DNA from: Candidatus Heimdallarchaeum aukensis
GTDB lineage: Archaea > Asgardarchaeota > Heimdallarchaeia > Heimdallarchaeales > Heimdallarchaeaceae
Reading direction: 5' to 3'
DNA: 64,000 bases
Assembly: GCA_021513695.1 (NCBI GenBank)
Contig: CP084166.1
Span: 1,792,001-1,856,000, forward strand
The notes under the pieces are model-generated. The model was not told where the DNA came from, made no database searches, and saw only the letters and a program-made list of their open reading frames with translations. How positions within the stretch are numbered: the first letter of the stretch is position 1; every line of letters begins with the position of its first letter. Of the stretch, positions 28,170-38,036 are shown piece after piece. The position numbers were made by a program, and so were the translations under genes.

Positions 28170-28448
28170 TTAATCATCACTTATTTCAAGAAGGGTGATG
28201 ATTTGTAATAGAATTGTTCTTGCATGCATTGGACAATTGGGATCTAAACTTATTTCTTCCAATATTTCTATAGCATTATTTGCTTTAACTGCAAGACTCA
28301 ATTCAGGGTCAGGATCTCTTATAATTTCTAGTGAATTTGATGCTGCGCGTCTAATATTTCTTGGGACGGTAGTATCTTCAGAAACTCGTTCAAGAAGCGC
28401 AATAGCTTCATTAATTTGCTCAACAGACTCATTATCCATTTTAAACAC
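28170..28448 (-). CDS. UPF0147 family small protein
   Basis: 92 aa. 'INEAIALLERVSEDTTVPRNIRRAASNSLEIIRD...NNAIEILEEISLDPNCPMHARTILLQII' matches the conserved UPF0147 pattern (TTVPRNIRRAA...AI..LDEIS.DPNMP.H.RT). Confidence 0.55.
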   Translation of the reverse strand: MFKMDNESVEQINEAIALLERVSEDTTVPRNIRRAASNSLEIIRDPDPELSLAVKANNAIEILEEISLDPNCPMHARTILLQIITLLEISDD

Positions 28449-28779
28449 CTCATAAATTTAAATGAAAGAACACACTACACTTACCATCAGAGTTACTAGG
28501 TTTTTAACTTTTTCGAGAGAAGATTTTTAAATGAAAAAAGAGAAACCAACAAATTTTAGTTAAAAGGGTAGTAAAAGCGATATTCAGGAAACAAATAATA
28601 AAAAAATATATTAAAAAAGTCCCATATCAGTGAAATAAAAAAGTTTTAAGTTCAAAATTCAAAGTATATGTCTTAGTTTCCAATTTCATTAGTTATATAA
28701 AAATCCCAAAACCAAAAATATAAAAAAGAGAGAGAAAAGAAAGTTTTGATAACATTCAAACTATAATTCAAACAAAAAT

Positions 28780-28856
28780 GGGCCAGTGGTCTAGTGGCTA
28801 TGACATCTCCCTTACGCGGAGAGGGTCGCAGGTTCGATTCCTGCCTGGCCCACCAC
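28780..28856 (+). tRNA. tRNA-Val(UAC), intronless, 3' CCA encoded
   Basis: Acceptor GGGCCAG/CUGGCCC, anticodon stem UCUCC/GGAGA, loop CUUACGC with anticodon UAC at 28813-28815, T-arm GCAGG-UUCGAUU-CCUGC, discriminator A, then CCA. The 61-aa ORF at 28673..28858 (-) overlaps and is spurious. Confidence 0.8.
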
Positions 28857-28935
28857 ATCTAAATAAATAAAATCTTTCTTTTTAATTAAATATTCATTCA
28901 GTAAAAATATTTTTTTAAAAGAATGAAGAATTTTT

Positions 28936-29721
28936 TCACTTTCCTTTTTCCCATAGATATTCAAAATTATTAGTGAACAACTCTATTATTCCTGGATTTG
29001 ATGAGAAGTGTGGTCTATAGATATATTTCTCTCCTGTTCTTGGTGACACCCATATTACGAATACAACTTGATCTTCATCTACTAATGTTCCTCTTACTAG
29101 TACGCTTTCTTTTTCTATGAACTTTACTTTTGCACCTATTTTTCTTAATTGTTCTGCTATCATTTTTGCTTTCTCATCAGTTACTGTCATAATAACTCTT
29201 ACTTTTACTCCTTTTGACGTTGCAAGTTCTAATTCTTCTTTTATCTTATCGAACCAGTAAAATACATTTGTAAATATCCGTATATCCTTTTTTGCGTTTT
29301 TTATTATTTCAATTGTTTTTAATTCCATTTCTTCTAACGATGAATATCCTTCTAGCAATTCTTCTGGATTAATTTTTATTTGTCCCAAAAAAGAGGTTAT
29401 TTCATATACCCTTTTCTTTAAATTTTCCCACTCTAAGTTTATTTCTTGTTCTTTTTTTTCTAGAAATCTTGTGAAACCTTCCATTGGTGGTAGTGCTCTA
29501 AATCTCTTTGGTCTTCCTGAGATTATTTTTACTAGCCCTAATTTGGATAGGTTTTCAATTGTATCATAAATTCTTGGTGTGGGGATGTTGGTTTTTTGAT
29601 GTATTTGTTCGGCTGTTAATTCAGTTTCTGAATTTTCCATTAAAGCCATGTACGTTTTTATCTCATATTCAGTTAACCCCACTGATTTTAGTTGTTGCTT
29701 CAGTTTATCTTGGTTATCCAT
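28936..29721 (-). CDS. TrmB-family transcriptional regulator
   Basis: 261 aa. N-terminal wHTH 'LTEYEIKTYMALMENSETELTAEQIHQKTNIPTPRIYDTIENLSKLGLV', the TrmB signature, plus a C-terminal sensing domain. Confidence 0.6.
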   Translation of the reverse strand: MDNQDKLKQQLKSVGLTEYEIKTYMALMENSETELTAEQIHQKTNIPTPRIYDTIENLSKLGLVKIISGRPKRFRALPPMEGFTRFLEKKEQEINLEWENLKKRVYEITSFLGQIKINPEELLEGYSSLEEMELKTIEIIKNAKKDIRIFTNVFYWFDKIKEELELATSKGVKVRVIMTVTDEKAKMIAEQLRKIGAKVKFIEKESVLVRGTLVDEDQVVFVIWVSPRTGEKYIYRPHFSSNPGIIELFTNNFEYLWEKGK

Positions 29722-29811
29722 AATTCAAAGATTATTTTTTTCTTAAAAAACTTATCTTAAAATTCTATTTTTTGTATTTCATCATAAAAATTTTTGCTAT
29801 GTATCTTATTT

Positions 29812-30591
29812 TTATTTGCTTGTAGAGAGTAGTTGTTTTAATCTTTTTGGCGATTGAACAGCTATTTTCGCTTCTTTCAGTAAATAACCTATTTCAGGAA
29901 TTATACCCTCTGCTCTTGTATTTTTTTTACATATCAACCTATGTTCTAGGAAGCCTATTCTTTCTATTACTTCAATATCTTGACTATGGTTCGTTTTTTT
30001 TAGTGAGTCTTTAATCATTTTAGTTGTTGCTCCTGTAATTATCAATGCTTCATTTTCTTCTTTAAACGGTTTTAGCAACCATTCTAATGATTCTTTTGTT
30101 AATTTCACTCTTAATTTTCTTCCAATTACTTGTTTTTCTGTCACTTCAAACATTAGAGGTAGATTTTCTATAAAGCCGAAACTGTGAATTATTTTTTTTA
30201 GCGGGATCTTTCTATTTTCTACCAATTGTTTTCTTACCTCATACAAAGGATAAAGTGCATCTATTTTTTTTTCGCCCATATATGCACCTATATCTACAAA
30301 CAGCCCAAAATTTACGCTGTCTGTTTTTCTTATTCTCCCAAAGTAGCTTTTATTTTCTATTATTTCAGATATATTATATTCTGCACCGTATTGGTTGTGA
30401 ATAAAATTTGCTACAATTTCTTCATCTTCTCCATCAATATGTATCTCAGCTAGATTTTCTGTTGAAAAAACAATTTTTCTTATTCGAATATCTAACTCTC
30501 TAAACTCATTTTTTAGTATAAATTCTATTGATTTCTTTAGGTTCTCTTCTGGTACATTATACAGTTTAATAAGTGTGCGTATTTTTTTCAT
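29812..30591 (-). CDS. Hypothetical protein, co-transcribed with aTrm56
   Basis: 259 aa with no motif I can assign. Overlaps the aTrm56 stop by 4 nt on the same strand. Confidence 0.4.
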   Translation of the reverse strand: MKKIRTLIKLYNVPEENLKKSIEFILKNEFRELDIRIRKIVFSTENLAEIHIDGEDEEIVANFIHNQYGAEYNISEIIENKSYFGRIRKTDSVNFGLFVDIGAYMGEKKIDALYPLYEVRKQLVENRKIPLKKIIHSFGFIENLPLMFEVTEKQVIGRKLRVKLTKESLEWLLKPFKEENEALIITGATTKMIKDSLKKTNHSQDIEVIERIGFLEHRLICKKNTRAEGIIPEIGYLLKEAKIAVQSPKRLKQLLSTSK

Positions 30592-31127
30592 TCTTTTCTC
30601 CTTTTGTCAATTACTTTTTTTCCTTTTTTACAAGGTTCAATTTCAACTCTTGCATTAGAATAACGTTTTTTTCTCCCCTTTCCTCCTGTTATTTTATCCA
30701 AGCATATTGCTAAAGCTGCTACCTCTGAATGCGGTTGATGTCCTATAGCTATATTGAAGTCTGCTAAATGATAAAACTCTATTTCCACTTTTGCTCCTCC
30801 AACAATAACTAGGACATCCTTTTCCACTTTTCTCAAATCATCTATTACATCATCTATTTCTATTCCAAACATAGTTAAGTGAACAACAACTCCTCCTTCT
30901 CTTTTCCATTCTTTAATATACTGTCTTTCATTTTGTGTATACTCAACATTGAAATTTCCCCCCCAACTTTCAACTATTTGAGCAACAGTTTGTTCTATTC
31001 TATTGTCATATTCTCCACTATACACTATTTTTGAAGCTCCAAATGCTCTTGCCACTAGAGCTAGATGACTTGACATACGTTTATCTCGCGTTATTCTGTG
31101 ATGTAATCTTAAAACGACTATCTCCAT
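30588..31127 (-). CDS. trm56: tRNA (cytidine56-2'-O)-methyltransferase aTrm56
   Basis: 179 aa. 'MEIVVLRLHHRITRDKRMSSHLALVARAFGASKIVY' matches the aTrm56 N-terminus ([27 protein letters not shown]). Confidence 0.7.
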   Translation of the reverse strand: MEIVVLRLHHRITRDKRMSSHLALVARAFGASKIVYSGEYDNRIEQTVAQIVESWGGNFNVEYTQNERQYIKEWKREGGVVVHLTMFGIEIDDVIDDLRKVEKDVLVIVGGAKVEIEFYHLADFNIAIGHQPHSEVAALAICLDKITGGKGRKKRYSNARVEIEPCKKGKKVIDKRRKE

Positions 31128-31411
31128 TGTTTTTTTCTGCTTTTTAACTTACTTAAACTTGATGTTTGAAGTTTGAGAATTAGAAAATGTCGTACTTATT
31201 GTTTAATAATATAATGATTTGATTGAAAAACAATATAAATCTTTATAATTTCAATCACGAGTTTATGTTTTTATGAACCTTTATTAAAAGGCTTAAAATT
31301 GAAAATATTTCTTAATAATCCAATGTTTAATCACAAGTTTATATCAATATAAAGTCTTTTATATTAGAATTATGAATTGAATAATAGAGAAATAAAGGGG
31401 TTGCCATACAT

Positions 31412-32614
31412 TTGTCTAAAGACAAACCATCACCTTTTGAAGAAGAAAAGAATGACCCAGCTTATTTACTTTCCTATGCTCACCATTTGGAAAGGCAAGC
31501 CAGACAACTAGAAAGTGAAAAACAATTAGTGGAAAGTGAGCGATTACGCTTACAACGCGAAGTTAACAATCTTCGGGCAGAATTAGAAAGATTAAGGACA
31601 CCACCTCTATTTATGGGGTATGTAGTTGAAATAATTGGTGAAAATAAAGCTGTGGTTAGGAGTACAACAGGCCCTAATTTAGTTGTTTCAATTTCCAGAA
31701 GAATTGATCAGAGTCAACTAAAACCTCAAACTAGGGTTGCTTTAAACCAACGCACATTTGCTATAATAGACGTTTTACCACCTGCCAAGGACCCATTAGT
31801 AAGAAAAATGGAGCTAATTGAAAAACCAACAGAAACCTACGCAGATATAGGTGGATTGGATAAACAAATTCAAGAGGTTAAGGAAACAGTTGAATTACCC
31901 TTGTTAAAACCTGAGTTGTTTGAAAAAGTGGGTATTGAACCTCCAAAAGGCGTACTACTTCATGGTCCTCCAGGAACAGGAAAAACATTGTTAGCAAAAG
32001 CTGTAGCAAATGAAACAAATGCTTCCTTTATAAGATTAATTGGAAGTGAGTTAGTTCAAAAATTCATTGGAGAAGGTGCGAGATTAGTAAGAGAGCTGTT
32101 CGAGTTTGCTCGTGAAAATGCCCCTAGCATTCTATTTATTGATGAACTAGATGCAATAGGGAGCAGAAGATTAGATCTTGCAACGAGTGGTGACCGTGAA
32201 GTTCAGCGTACATTAATGCAATTATTGTCTGAACTAGACGGGTTTAATCCAAGAGGAGATGTAAAAGTAATTGCTGCAACTAATAGATTAGATATTCTTG
32301 ATCCTGCTTTGTTAAGACCCGGTCGTTTTGATAGACTAATTGAGATTCCTATCCCTAATGAAGAAGCTAGAAGATCTATTTTCAAAATACATCTTAAAGG
32401 AATGAACATTTCTGAAGAAATAGATATAGATTATCTTGTTCAAATGACTGATGGAAGCAGTGGCGCTGAAATTTATAACATTACAATGGAAGCAGGCATG
32501 TTTGCAATCAGAAATAATCGTGATTATATTACAAATGAAGACTTTTATAATGCTGTAAAAAAAGTAAAGGGAGACAAGGAGAAGGTAGTACGAAACGTTA
32601 CTGGATTTATTTAA
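31412..32614 (+). CDS. pan: Proteasome-activating nucleotidase PAN (AAA+), with TTG start
   Basis: 400 aa. N-terminal coiled coil, OB region, Walker A 'GPPGTGKTLLAKAVA', Walker B 'ILFIDELDAIG', second region of homology. The first codon is TTG. Confidence 0.9.
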   Translation: MSKDKPSPFEEEKNDPAYLLSYAHHLERQARQLESEKQLVESERLRLQREVNNLRAELERLRTPPLFMGYVVEIIGENKAVVRSTTGPNLVVSISRRIDQSQLKPQTRVALNQRTFAIIDVLPPAKDPLVRKMELIEKPTETYADIGGLDKQIQEVKETVELPLLKPELFEKVGIEPPKGVLLHGPPGTGKTLLAKAVANETNASFIRLIGSELVQKFIGEGARLVRELFEFARENAPSILFIDELDAIGSRRLDLATSGDREVQRTLMQLLSELDGFNPRGDVKVIAATNRLDILDPALLRPGRFDRLIEIPIPNEEARRSIFKIHLKGMNISEEIDIDYLVQMTDGSSGAEIYNITMEAGMFAIRNNRDYITNEDFYNAVKKVKGDKEKVVRNVTGFI

Positions 32615-32645
32615 AACTACTATCATTGTTTTTCTTTTTATTTGT

Positions 32646-33200
32646 TTAACTTTCTTGCCTTTTTTTCCAGCTATCAATCCTATTTTTTTGACGCTCAAAA
32701 CCTCTTACAACATAAGAGTTATGGCCAAATTTTTTAACAAACAACTCTTTAGCTTCTTCAAAACTAATTTCCTTTTCTCCTTTTGAGAGATTATCTGCAA
32801 ACGAAACAATCTCTTCCTCAATAGTTTTAGGAATGTAATCATCTTCAGGAAGGTCTAATTTTTTTGCTTCTTTTTTGGGAATACCTGTACCAATATGGTT
32901 TTTCACGATATTAATAATTCTTTCACTTATATTTTCCCTTTTCAGAATCTTTACTCCCTCAATTGCATGAAAAATACTGTGAGTTACAGATCTGCCTATA
33001 TCATGAAGCATTGCTCCTGCAATTACAAGCTCTAAATTTACACCCTTTAATTGTGAGGCTATTCGTTTAGCTATTCTTGTAACTACCTCACAGTGTCGAA
33101 TAACGTTTGACGGAGTCTTATATTTTTTTAATAATGATAAACATTCTTCTTCTGAAGGAATGCGCTCGTTTCGTTCTTGCATACAAATTAGAAGAAACAA
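32646..33200 (-). CDS. HD-domain phosphohydrolase
   Basis: 184 aa. 'HCEVVTRIA...GAMLHDIGRS' is the HD motif. Overlaps its neighbour by a few nt. Confidence 0.6.
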   Translation of the reverse strand: MFLLICMQERNERIPSEEECLSLLKKYKTPSNVIRHCEVVTRIAKRIASQLKGVNLELVIAGAMLHDIGRSVTHSIFHAIEGVKILKRENISERIINIVKNHIGTGIPKKEAKKLDLPEDDYIPKTIEEEIVSFADNLSKGEKEISFEEAKELFVKKFGHNSYVVRGFERQKNRIDSWKKRQES

Positions 33201-33246
33201 ACTTTTTTTAAACCATTCCTAGACTGTTATTTCTTACTTTTACCAA

Positions 33247-33762
33247 ATGAAAAGAAATATAATATGTACTTTTAGGATATTTTTAATGAAACGAGAGAGT
33301 CCTTCATTCTTTGAACTAAGGCAACTAAAATGTATTGCCGATATACAATTTGGAATAGGTTCAGGTAATGTTTTATTTCCTAATAATGTTTTAGTAGAAA
33401 GGTCAAAAAGTACAAAAAGAATAAGATATGTATATCTAGATGAACATAGGATTTGTTCCTATAGGGTAACAGATGGATTTTTAGTCTTATCTTTATTTGG
33501 AGGAGAGTTACTTCACAATGCTAATTGCGGAAATAAAGTAATTTGTCATCCAGATGCTGAACCTTTTATCCGAAAGAGTAAGTCTTTATTTTCACAACAT
33601 GTCATTGATAGCGGCGAATATATTTTAGTAAAAGATGAAGTAATTATCACTAATAAAACAAACGAATTTCTAGGCGTAGGAACAGCTAAACTATCTTCAT
33701 TTTACATGCAACATCTCAAGAGAGGGGTTGCAGTTAACACAAGAAAAGGTAAAAAAAATTAA
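33247..33762 (+). CDS. PUA-domain RNA-binding protein (COG2016-like)
   Basis: 171 aa. The C-terminal 'VICHPDAEPFIRKSKSLFSQHVIDSGEYILVKDE...FLGVGTAKLSS' pattern is PUA-like. The start may be the internal Met. Confidence 0.45.
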   Translation: MKRNIICTFRIFLMKRESPSFFELRQLKCIADIQFGIGSGNVLFPNNVLVERSKSTKRIRYVYLDEHRICSYRVTDGFLVLSLFGGELLHNANCGNKVICHPDAEPFIRKSKSLFSQHVIDSGEYILVKDEVIITNKTNEFLGVGTAKLSSFYMQHLKRGVAVNTRKGKKN

Positions 33763-33764
33763 TT

Positions 33765-34133
33765 TTATTTGGATTTAAGTCTAACAATTGCTCCGGCTAA
33801 ATCCCCATTTTCTTCGTCTAAAGCTTTTTCAGCTTCTTCTCTTGAAGCTCCAGTTTGTGCCATTACTAACTCTATGTCATCCTCTGAAACCTTTTTTTCG
33901 GTCACTTTTTGAGAGTTTGTAGTTATTGGTCTTTCTACTCCTTGACCAATAACTTGGTACATCTCTTCTCCGAAGGTAATTTTTGACACTGTTGGATTTG
34001 GGATTGCGATCTCTTTATTTGAAAACCGAATTATTACTTCTTCGACACCGTTAAGCTCTACTGTTCTCATCTTTCCTTGTAACTTTTTTAATTCTCTTGG
34101 ACTTAAAGGTCTTTTTCCCATCAATTTAATCAC
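33765..34133 (-). CDS. nac: Nascent polypeptide-associated complex protein (NAC alpha homolog with UBA domain)
   Basis: 122 aa. NAC domain 'VELNGVEEVIIRFSNKEIAIPNP', C-terminal UBA 'DIELVMAQTGASREEAEKALDEENGDLAGAIVRL'. Confidence 0.75.
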   Translation of the reverse strand: MIKLMGKRPLSPRELKKLQGKMRTVELNGVEEVIIRFSNKEIAIPNPTVSKITFGEEMYQVIGQGVERPITTNSQKVTEKKVSEDDIELVMAQTGASREEAEKALDEENGDLAGAIVRLKSK

Positions 34134-34141
34134 GTATTGGT

Positions 34142-34441
34142 CTATTTATTTTCATTTTCTTTTTCTTCATCTTTTGAGCTTTCATTTTCTTCTTCATCAA
34201 GATCTTCGAAGTCTATTTCTTCTGGAGCTGGAGTTATAATTAGTGTCCATCCTATCCAAGCAAGCAAGAGCATTATAACTAGTATTGCGAAGCTTATGAT
34301 CCCTGCAATTACGTAATATCCAATAATTTGGTAAGTATCAAAATCTATTGCTGGTAATACTATTGTTAAGACAATAGTCGCACCTATTACTGCAATTGAA
34401 AAGAGAATTAAGAATAGTCCGATTATTTTATCCTTGTTCAT
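34142..34441 (-). CDS. Small membrane protein with acidic C-terminal tail
   Basis: 99 aa. Two hydrophobic helices followed by 'EEIDFEDLDEEENESSKDEEKENENK'. Confidence 0.35.
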   Translation of the reverse strand: MNKDKIIGLFLILFSIAVIGATIVLTIVLPAIDFDTYQIIGYYVIAGIISFAILVIMLLLAWIGWTLIITPAPEEIDFEDLDEEENESSKDEEKENENK

Positions 34442-34527
34442 TTTTAATATCCTCCGTTTCTTCTAAAAAGTATTATTTTAATTACTATTTAGATTTTTCT
34501 GATAGAATCCATTTTAATTTTCTAGGT

Positions 34528-35478
34528 TTAATACTTTTGTTCATTTAACCATTTAACATATAATTTTATTCCTTCTCTTATTGTTATCTTATTTGACCAT
34601 CCTAGCGATCTAATTTTGTTTGTATCCATTGAAGTAAAAACTATATCTCCTTTCCAACCTCTCTTTCCACCAGTATACATATAGCTAACATTCGAAAGCC
34701 CAAGAGCTTCGGTCAATTCATCTGCAATTTCAGTTACGGATATTGTTTCATTAGATGAAACATTAAAAACATCAAAGTAGTTTTTGTTTTCATAATTTAA
34801 TAACAAATTAAATGCTTCAATGGTATCAGAGATATATAAGTATGTTTTTGTTTGTTTTCCATCCCCCAGAATAACAAGTTCTTTTGGATTTTTCTTTAAT
34901 TTTCTGTAAAAGTCGTACATTACACCGTGTGTAGAACGAGGGCCAAAAATATTTCCCAATCTTATTGATGTTATCTGCATTGAGTATAATGAAGAGTAAC
35001 TGCTGCAATACATTTCTATTGCTGCTTTTGCCGCACCATAGTTTGAAATAGGTTTTAATGGCTGATTCTCATTATTTGATTGCTGTGTTTCTCCATAAAT
35101 TGTTCCTCCAGAACTTGCAAAAATCATCTTAGGAATATCTTTTTTTCTCATTAGTTCCAAAATATTAAATGAGCCATCTACGTTGACCTCAAAGTCTAGT
35201 CTAGGATTGTTCACACTAACCTTCACATCTGGTTGAGCTGCCAAATGTATAATGCAACTATACTCTCTATCAAGTTTTAATAATTTTTCAAAGTCTCGGA
35301 TATCAAATTGGTAAAAATCAACCTTTTTATCTTTAATGTAGTTATGAATGTATTGTAGATTTGTTCCAGCAGAAAGGTCATCAATCACAGTGACAAAATA
35401 TCCATCTTTAACAAGCTGGTCGATTATATGAGAGCCTATGAAACCGCATCCGCCAGTTACTAATATATTTTCTTCCAT
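34528..35478 (-). CDS. NAD-dependent nucleotide-sugar epimerase/dehydratase (GalE-like SDR)
   Basis: 316 aa. Rossmann 'ILVTGGCGFIGSHIIDQL', catalytic 'YGAAKAAIE' (YxxxK). Confidence 0.75.
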   Translation of the reverse strand: MEENILVTGGCGFIGSHIIDQLVKDGYFVTVIDDLSAGTNLQYIHNYIKDKKVDFYQFDIRDFEKLLKLDREYSCIIHLAAQPDVKVSVNNPRLDFEVNVDGSFNILELMRKKDIPKMIFASSGGTIYGETQQSNNENQPLKPISNYGAAKAAIEMYCSSYSSLYSMQITSIRLGNIFGPRSTHGVMYDFYRKLKKNPKELVILGDGKQTKTYLYISDTIEAFNLLLNYENKNYFDVFNVSSNETISVTEIADELTEALGLSNVSYMYTGGKRGWKGDIVFTSMDTNKIRSLGWSNKITIREGIKLYVKWLNEQKY

Positions 35479-35493
35479 TTACTCCCACCTGTT

Positions 35494-36759
35494 TTAGCCT
35501 ATTGTCCTCAGAAATTCTTCCAGTGCACCCAGAAAGACTTCAATTTCATCAAATGTGTTATAAATATAGAGCGAAGCACGAACTGAACCTTCACCTTTAC
35601 TAGGATCCATTCCAATGCTGTACGCAAATGGATGAACGCAATGATTTCCTGCGCGCATCATGATTCTATGATGTGGAAGCATATCATTCATATACATTGA
35701 GATATCATTATGAGAAACAACATCAGATTTTGGCCTAAAAGACACTAAAGCTGCTCTATCTTTTAATTCTGTAGAACCAATTATTTCTATTCCTTCCAGA
35801 TCTAACATCCCTCTAAGCAACTTTCTTAAAAGAGATTGTTCCCTGTTATGTACTTCCTCCATTCCAATGTTCATCAGATAATCTACGGCTGCACCAACAC
35901 CCATCATTCCAGCATAATTTTGTAAACCAGCTTCAAATTTATGAGGTGGAGGAAGATACTTTGGTATTATCTTACCGTCTTTATAAACTACATCTTCGAT
36001 TACATCCCCCCCAACTAAGAACATATCCATTTCTTCTAGAATATCGTATTTGCCGTAAAGAACCCCCATGCCAGTAGGACCACACGCTTTATGCATGCTT
36101 AATACTGCCATGTCAACATCTAATTTTCTTACATCTAGTGGAGCATGAGGTGCGTATTGAGCCTCATCAGATATAACTAATGCATTATGCTCATGTGCTA
36201 TTTCAATTATTTCCTTCAGTGGAGCAATTGTTCCTGTCACGTTTGAAGCATGAACTAAAGAAACAATTCTTGTATTACCATCAATTTTCTTTTCAAAATC
36301 TGCTAAATCAAATCGACCGTCTTTAGAAGCATTTACTATTCTAAATTCACTTCCTACTTTTTTTGCTCTTTCATAAAATGGAAGCATCCCTGAATGGTGC
36401 TCAAGCGAGGTTGTAACAATATTTTGATCTTTAGTGATAGAAATGCTATTAGCAGCAATATTTAATCCTTCTGTTGCATTGCGTGTCCAAATTATTTCTC
36501 TTGAATCTTTGGCATTTATAAATTTAGCAACTTTATCTCTAGCTTCCTCTGCTAGTAGGCTTGTTTCTGTGCCTAGAGAATGAGTAGACCGTCCAGCTCC
36601 ACCACAGGCGCCTAAATATCTATAATAATATTCAATTGTTTCCCAAACTTGTTTAGGCTTCAATGACATACATGCAGAGTCAAAATAGATTAACCTTTTT
36701 CCCTCATAAAGTTGATCTAGAACAGGAAAATCTTTTCTAATTCTATGCCAAACAACCAT
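35494..36759 (-). CDS. Cysteine desulfurase (class V aminotransferase, SufS/NifS-like)
   Basis: 421 aa. PLP lysine region 'VLSMHKACGPTGMGVLYG', C-terminal 'RAGNHCVHP' with the catalytic Cys. Confidence 0.75.
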   Translation of the reverse strand: MVVWHRIRKDFPVLDQLYEGKRLIYFDSACMSLKPKQVWETIEYYYRYLGACGGAGRSTHSLGTETSLLAEEARDKVAKFINAKDSREIIWTRNATEGLNIAANSISITKDQNIVTTSLEHHSGMLPFYERAKKVGSEFRIVNASKDGRFDLADFEKKIDGNTRIVSLVHASNVTGTIAPLKEIIEIAHEHNALVISDEAQYAPHAPLDVRKLDVDMAVLSMHKACGPTGMGVLYGKYDILEEMDMFLVGGDVIEDVVYKDGKIIPKYLPPPHKFEAGLQNYAGMMGVGAAVDYLMNIGMEEVHNREQSLLRKLLRGMLDLEGIEIIGSTELKDRAALVSFRPKSDVVSHNDISMYMNDMLPHHRIMMRAGNHCVHPFAYSIGMDPSKGEGSVRASLYIYNTFDEIEVFLGALEEFLRTIG

Positions 36760-36761
36760 TT

Positions 36762-37010
36762 TTATCCCTCATTTTTTGGATCATGTACTAGCTCCCAAAG
36801 AAAGCCAGAATTAGTCCACTTTCGCTCAACAATCCCTTCTTCAACAAGTCTTTTTCCAGCTAAAATGACATCTCCACCACTAGAGCACCCAGAACATAAT
36901 TCAGGAAATAAGTCGCGTAAAGCTAATATATCCTTTGTTGATGCAGGATTCTTCTCTCTTAAAATGGCTAGAATACAGTCTATGTTTTTCTCCTCAAAAC
37001 CACTCGACAT
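36762..37010 (-). CDS. Small Cys-cluster protein with winged-helix-like C-terminus, adjacent to cysteine desulfurase
   Basis: 82 aa with 'CSGCSSGG'. Its start is 3 nt downstream of the sufS-like gene on the same strand. Confidence 0.35.
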   Translation of the reverse strand: MSSGFEEKNIDCILAILREKNPASTKDILALRDLFPELCSGCSSGGDVILAGKRLVEEGIVERKWTNSGFLWELVHDPKNEG

Positions 37011-37171
37011 TTAACTCAATTCATTGTTTTTAACTTTGTTTTTAAAAATTATGGAACGATTACTGTTTTTCCCATTTGTGAGCGTTAATTTAAACTATTG
37101 AAAGATTTTTTAAGCAATGAAAAATCTTTTCAAGTATAAGATTTTGTGTTATATGGAAACAAAATTCTCGA

Positions 37172-37711
37172 ATGGTGAAATTATTGGTCAATTTACATCG
37201 TTGTGAAATGTGTGGGCGTGAAGTCCCACATCTAGTTGAAATTGAAATTGAAGGAGCTCGTTTATTAGTTTGTTCAAGTTGTTCAAGACATGGAAAAAAA
37301 GTCGTAAAAAAGACTGTTTCGCAACCAAAAAAAAGATTTGTCAGAGGGCCTGCACAAGCAAGTAAAACGCCGATTACAACTAAAGAAAGATCTAAGAAGA
37401 CAATTCAGAGTAGAAGCGAAGAAACAATTGTTTTAGCTGAAGATTATGATAAGAGACTGAGGCTTGCTAGACAAAAAATGAATTTATCCCAAAAGGATGT
37501 TGCAAATAAAACCAAAATATCTGCTAGTAACATTCAAAGTTTTGAGTTGAAGAAACTACGACCTACAGACAAACAAATAAAAATACTTGAAAAATTCTTT
37601 GGCATTACACTCACTGAGAAAATAATTGATTACGGAAGTGGAGAGCAAAAATCTTCAAAAAGCTACCAAACTCTAGGCGATATTGTTGTAATAAAGAAAA
37701 AAACAGATTAA
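37172..37711 (+). CDS. mbf1: Archaeal multiprotein-bridging factor 1 homolog (zinc ribbon plus Cro/C1-type HTH)
   Basis: 179 aa. N-terminal 'CEMCGREV...VCSSCSRHG' zinc ribbon, C-terminal HTH 'MNLSQKDVANKTKISASNIQSFE'. An alternative start lies at 37208. Confidence 0.6.
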   Translation: MVKLLVNLHRCEMCGREVPHLVEIEIEGARLLVCSSCSRHGKKVVKKTVSQPKKRFVRGPAQASKTPITTKERSKKTIQSRSEETIVLAEDYDKRLRLARQKMNLSQKDVANKTKISASNIQSFELKKLRPTDKQIKILEKFFGITLTEKIIDYGSGEQKSSKSYQTLGDIVVIKKKTD

Positions 37712-37722
37712 AGAAGAGTTAA

Positions 37723-37944
37723 TTAAAAGGCTTTAACATTCATTTTACTTTGAAGATCACGAATTAAAGATTCAGCTTCATTTATTGGAAGCTTAAAAGT
37801 ATATAATCTCTTTTTTGTTCTAAATTTTAACTTTATTTTATCTTTGGACCTTTTTGTTCTTAACTCTCCATTTTGCTCGATAGTTAATTGAATTATCCTT
37901 TCCAATTGTTCCTTAGTAGTGAGTTCCATTGGCATTTTCTTCAT
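37723..37944 (-). CDS. Candidate ribosomal protein eL38
   Basis: 73 aa, basic. 'KIKLKFRTKKRLYTFKLPINEAESLIRDLQSKMNV' resembles the eL38 core ([33 protein letters not shown]), recalled from memory. Confidence 0.35.
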   Translation of the reverse strand: MKKMPMELTTKEQLERIIQLTIEQNGELRTKRSKDKIKLKFRTKKRLYTFKLPINEAESLIRDLQSKMNVKAF

Positions 37945-38036
37945 AGTGCTGCTAACACTTTTTATTAAAAATGTTTCTTTTGAAGAAAAAAAGTTTTTGT
38001 GTATATTTTTGTAAAAAAATATCTATTGAGCCTATT

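Noticed and set aside
28673-28858. 61-aa minus-strand ORF
   Set aside because: It is antisense to tRNA-Val.
32336-32698. 120-aa minus-strand ORF
   Set aside because: It overlaps the 3' end of the PAN gene and the HD gene. It has no motif, and the PAN assignment is unambiguous.
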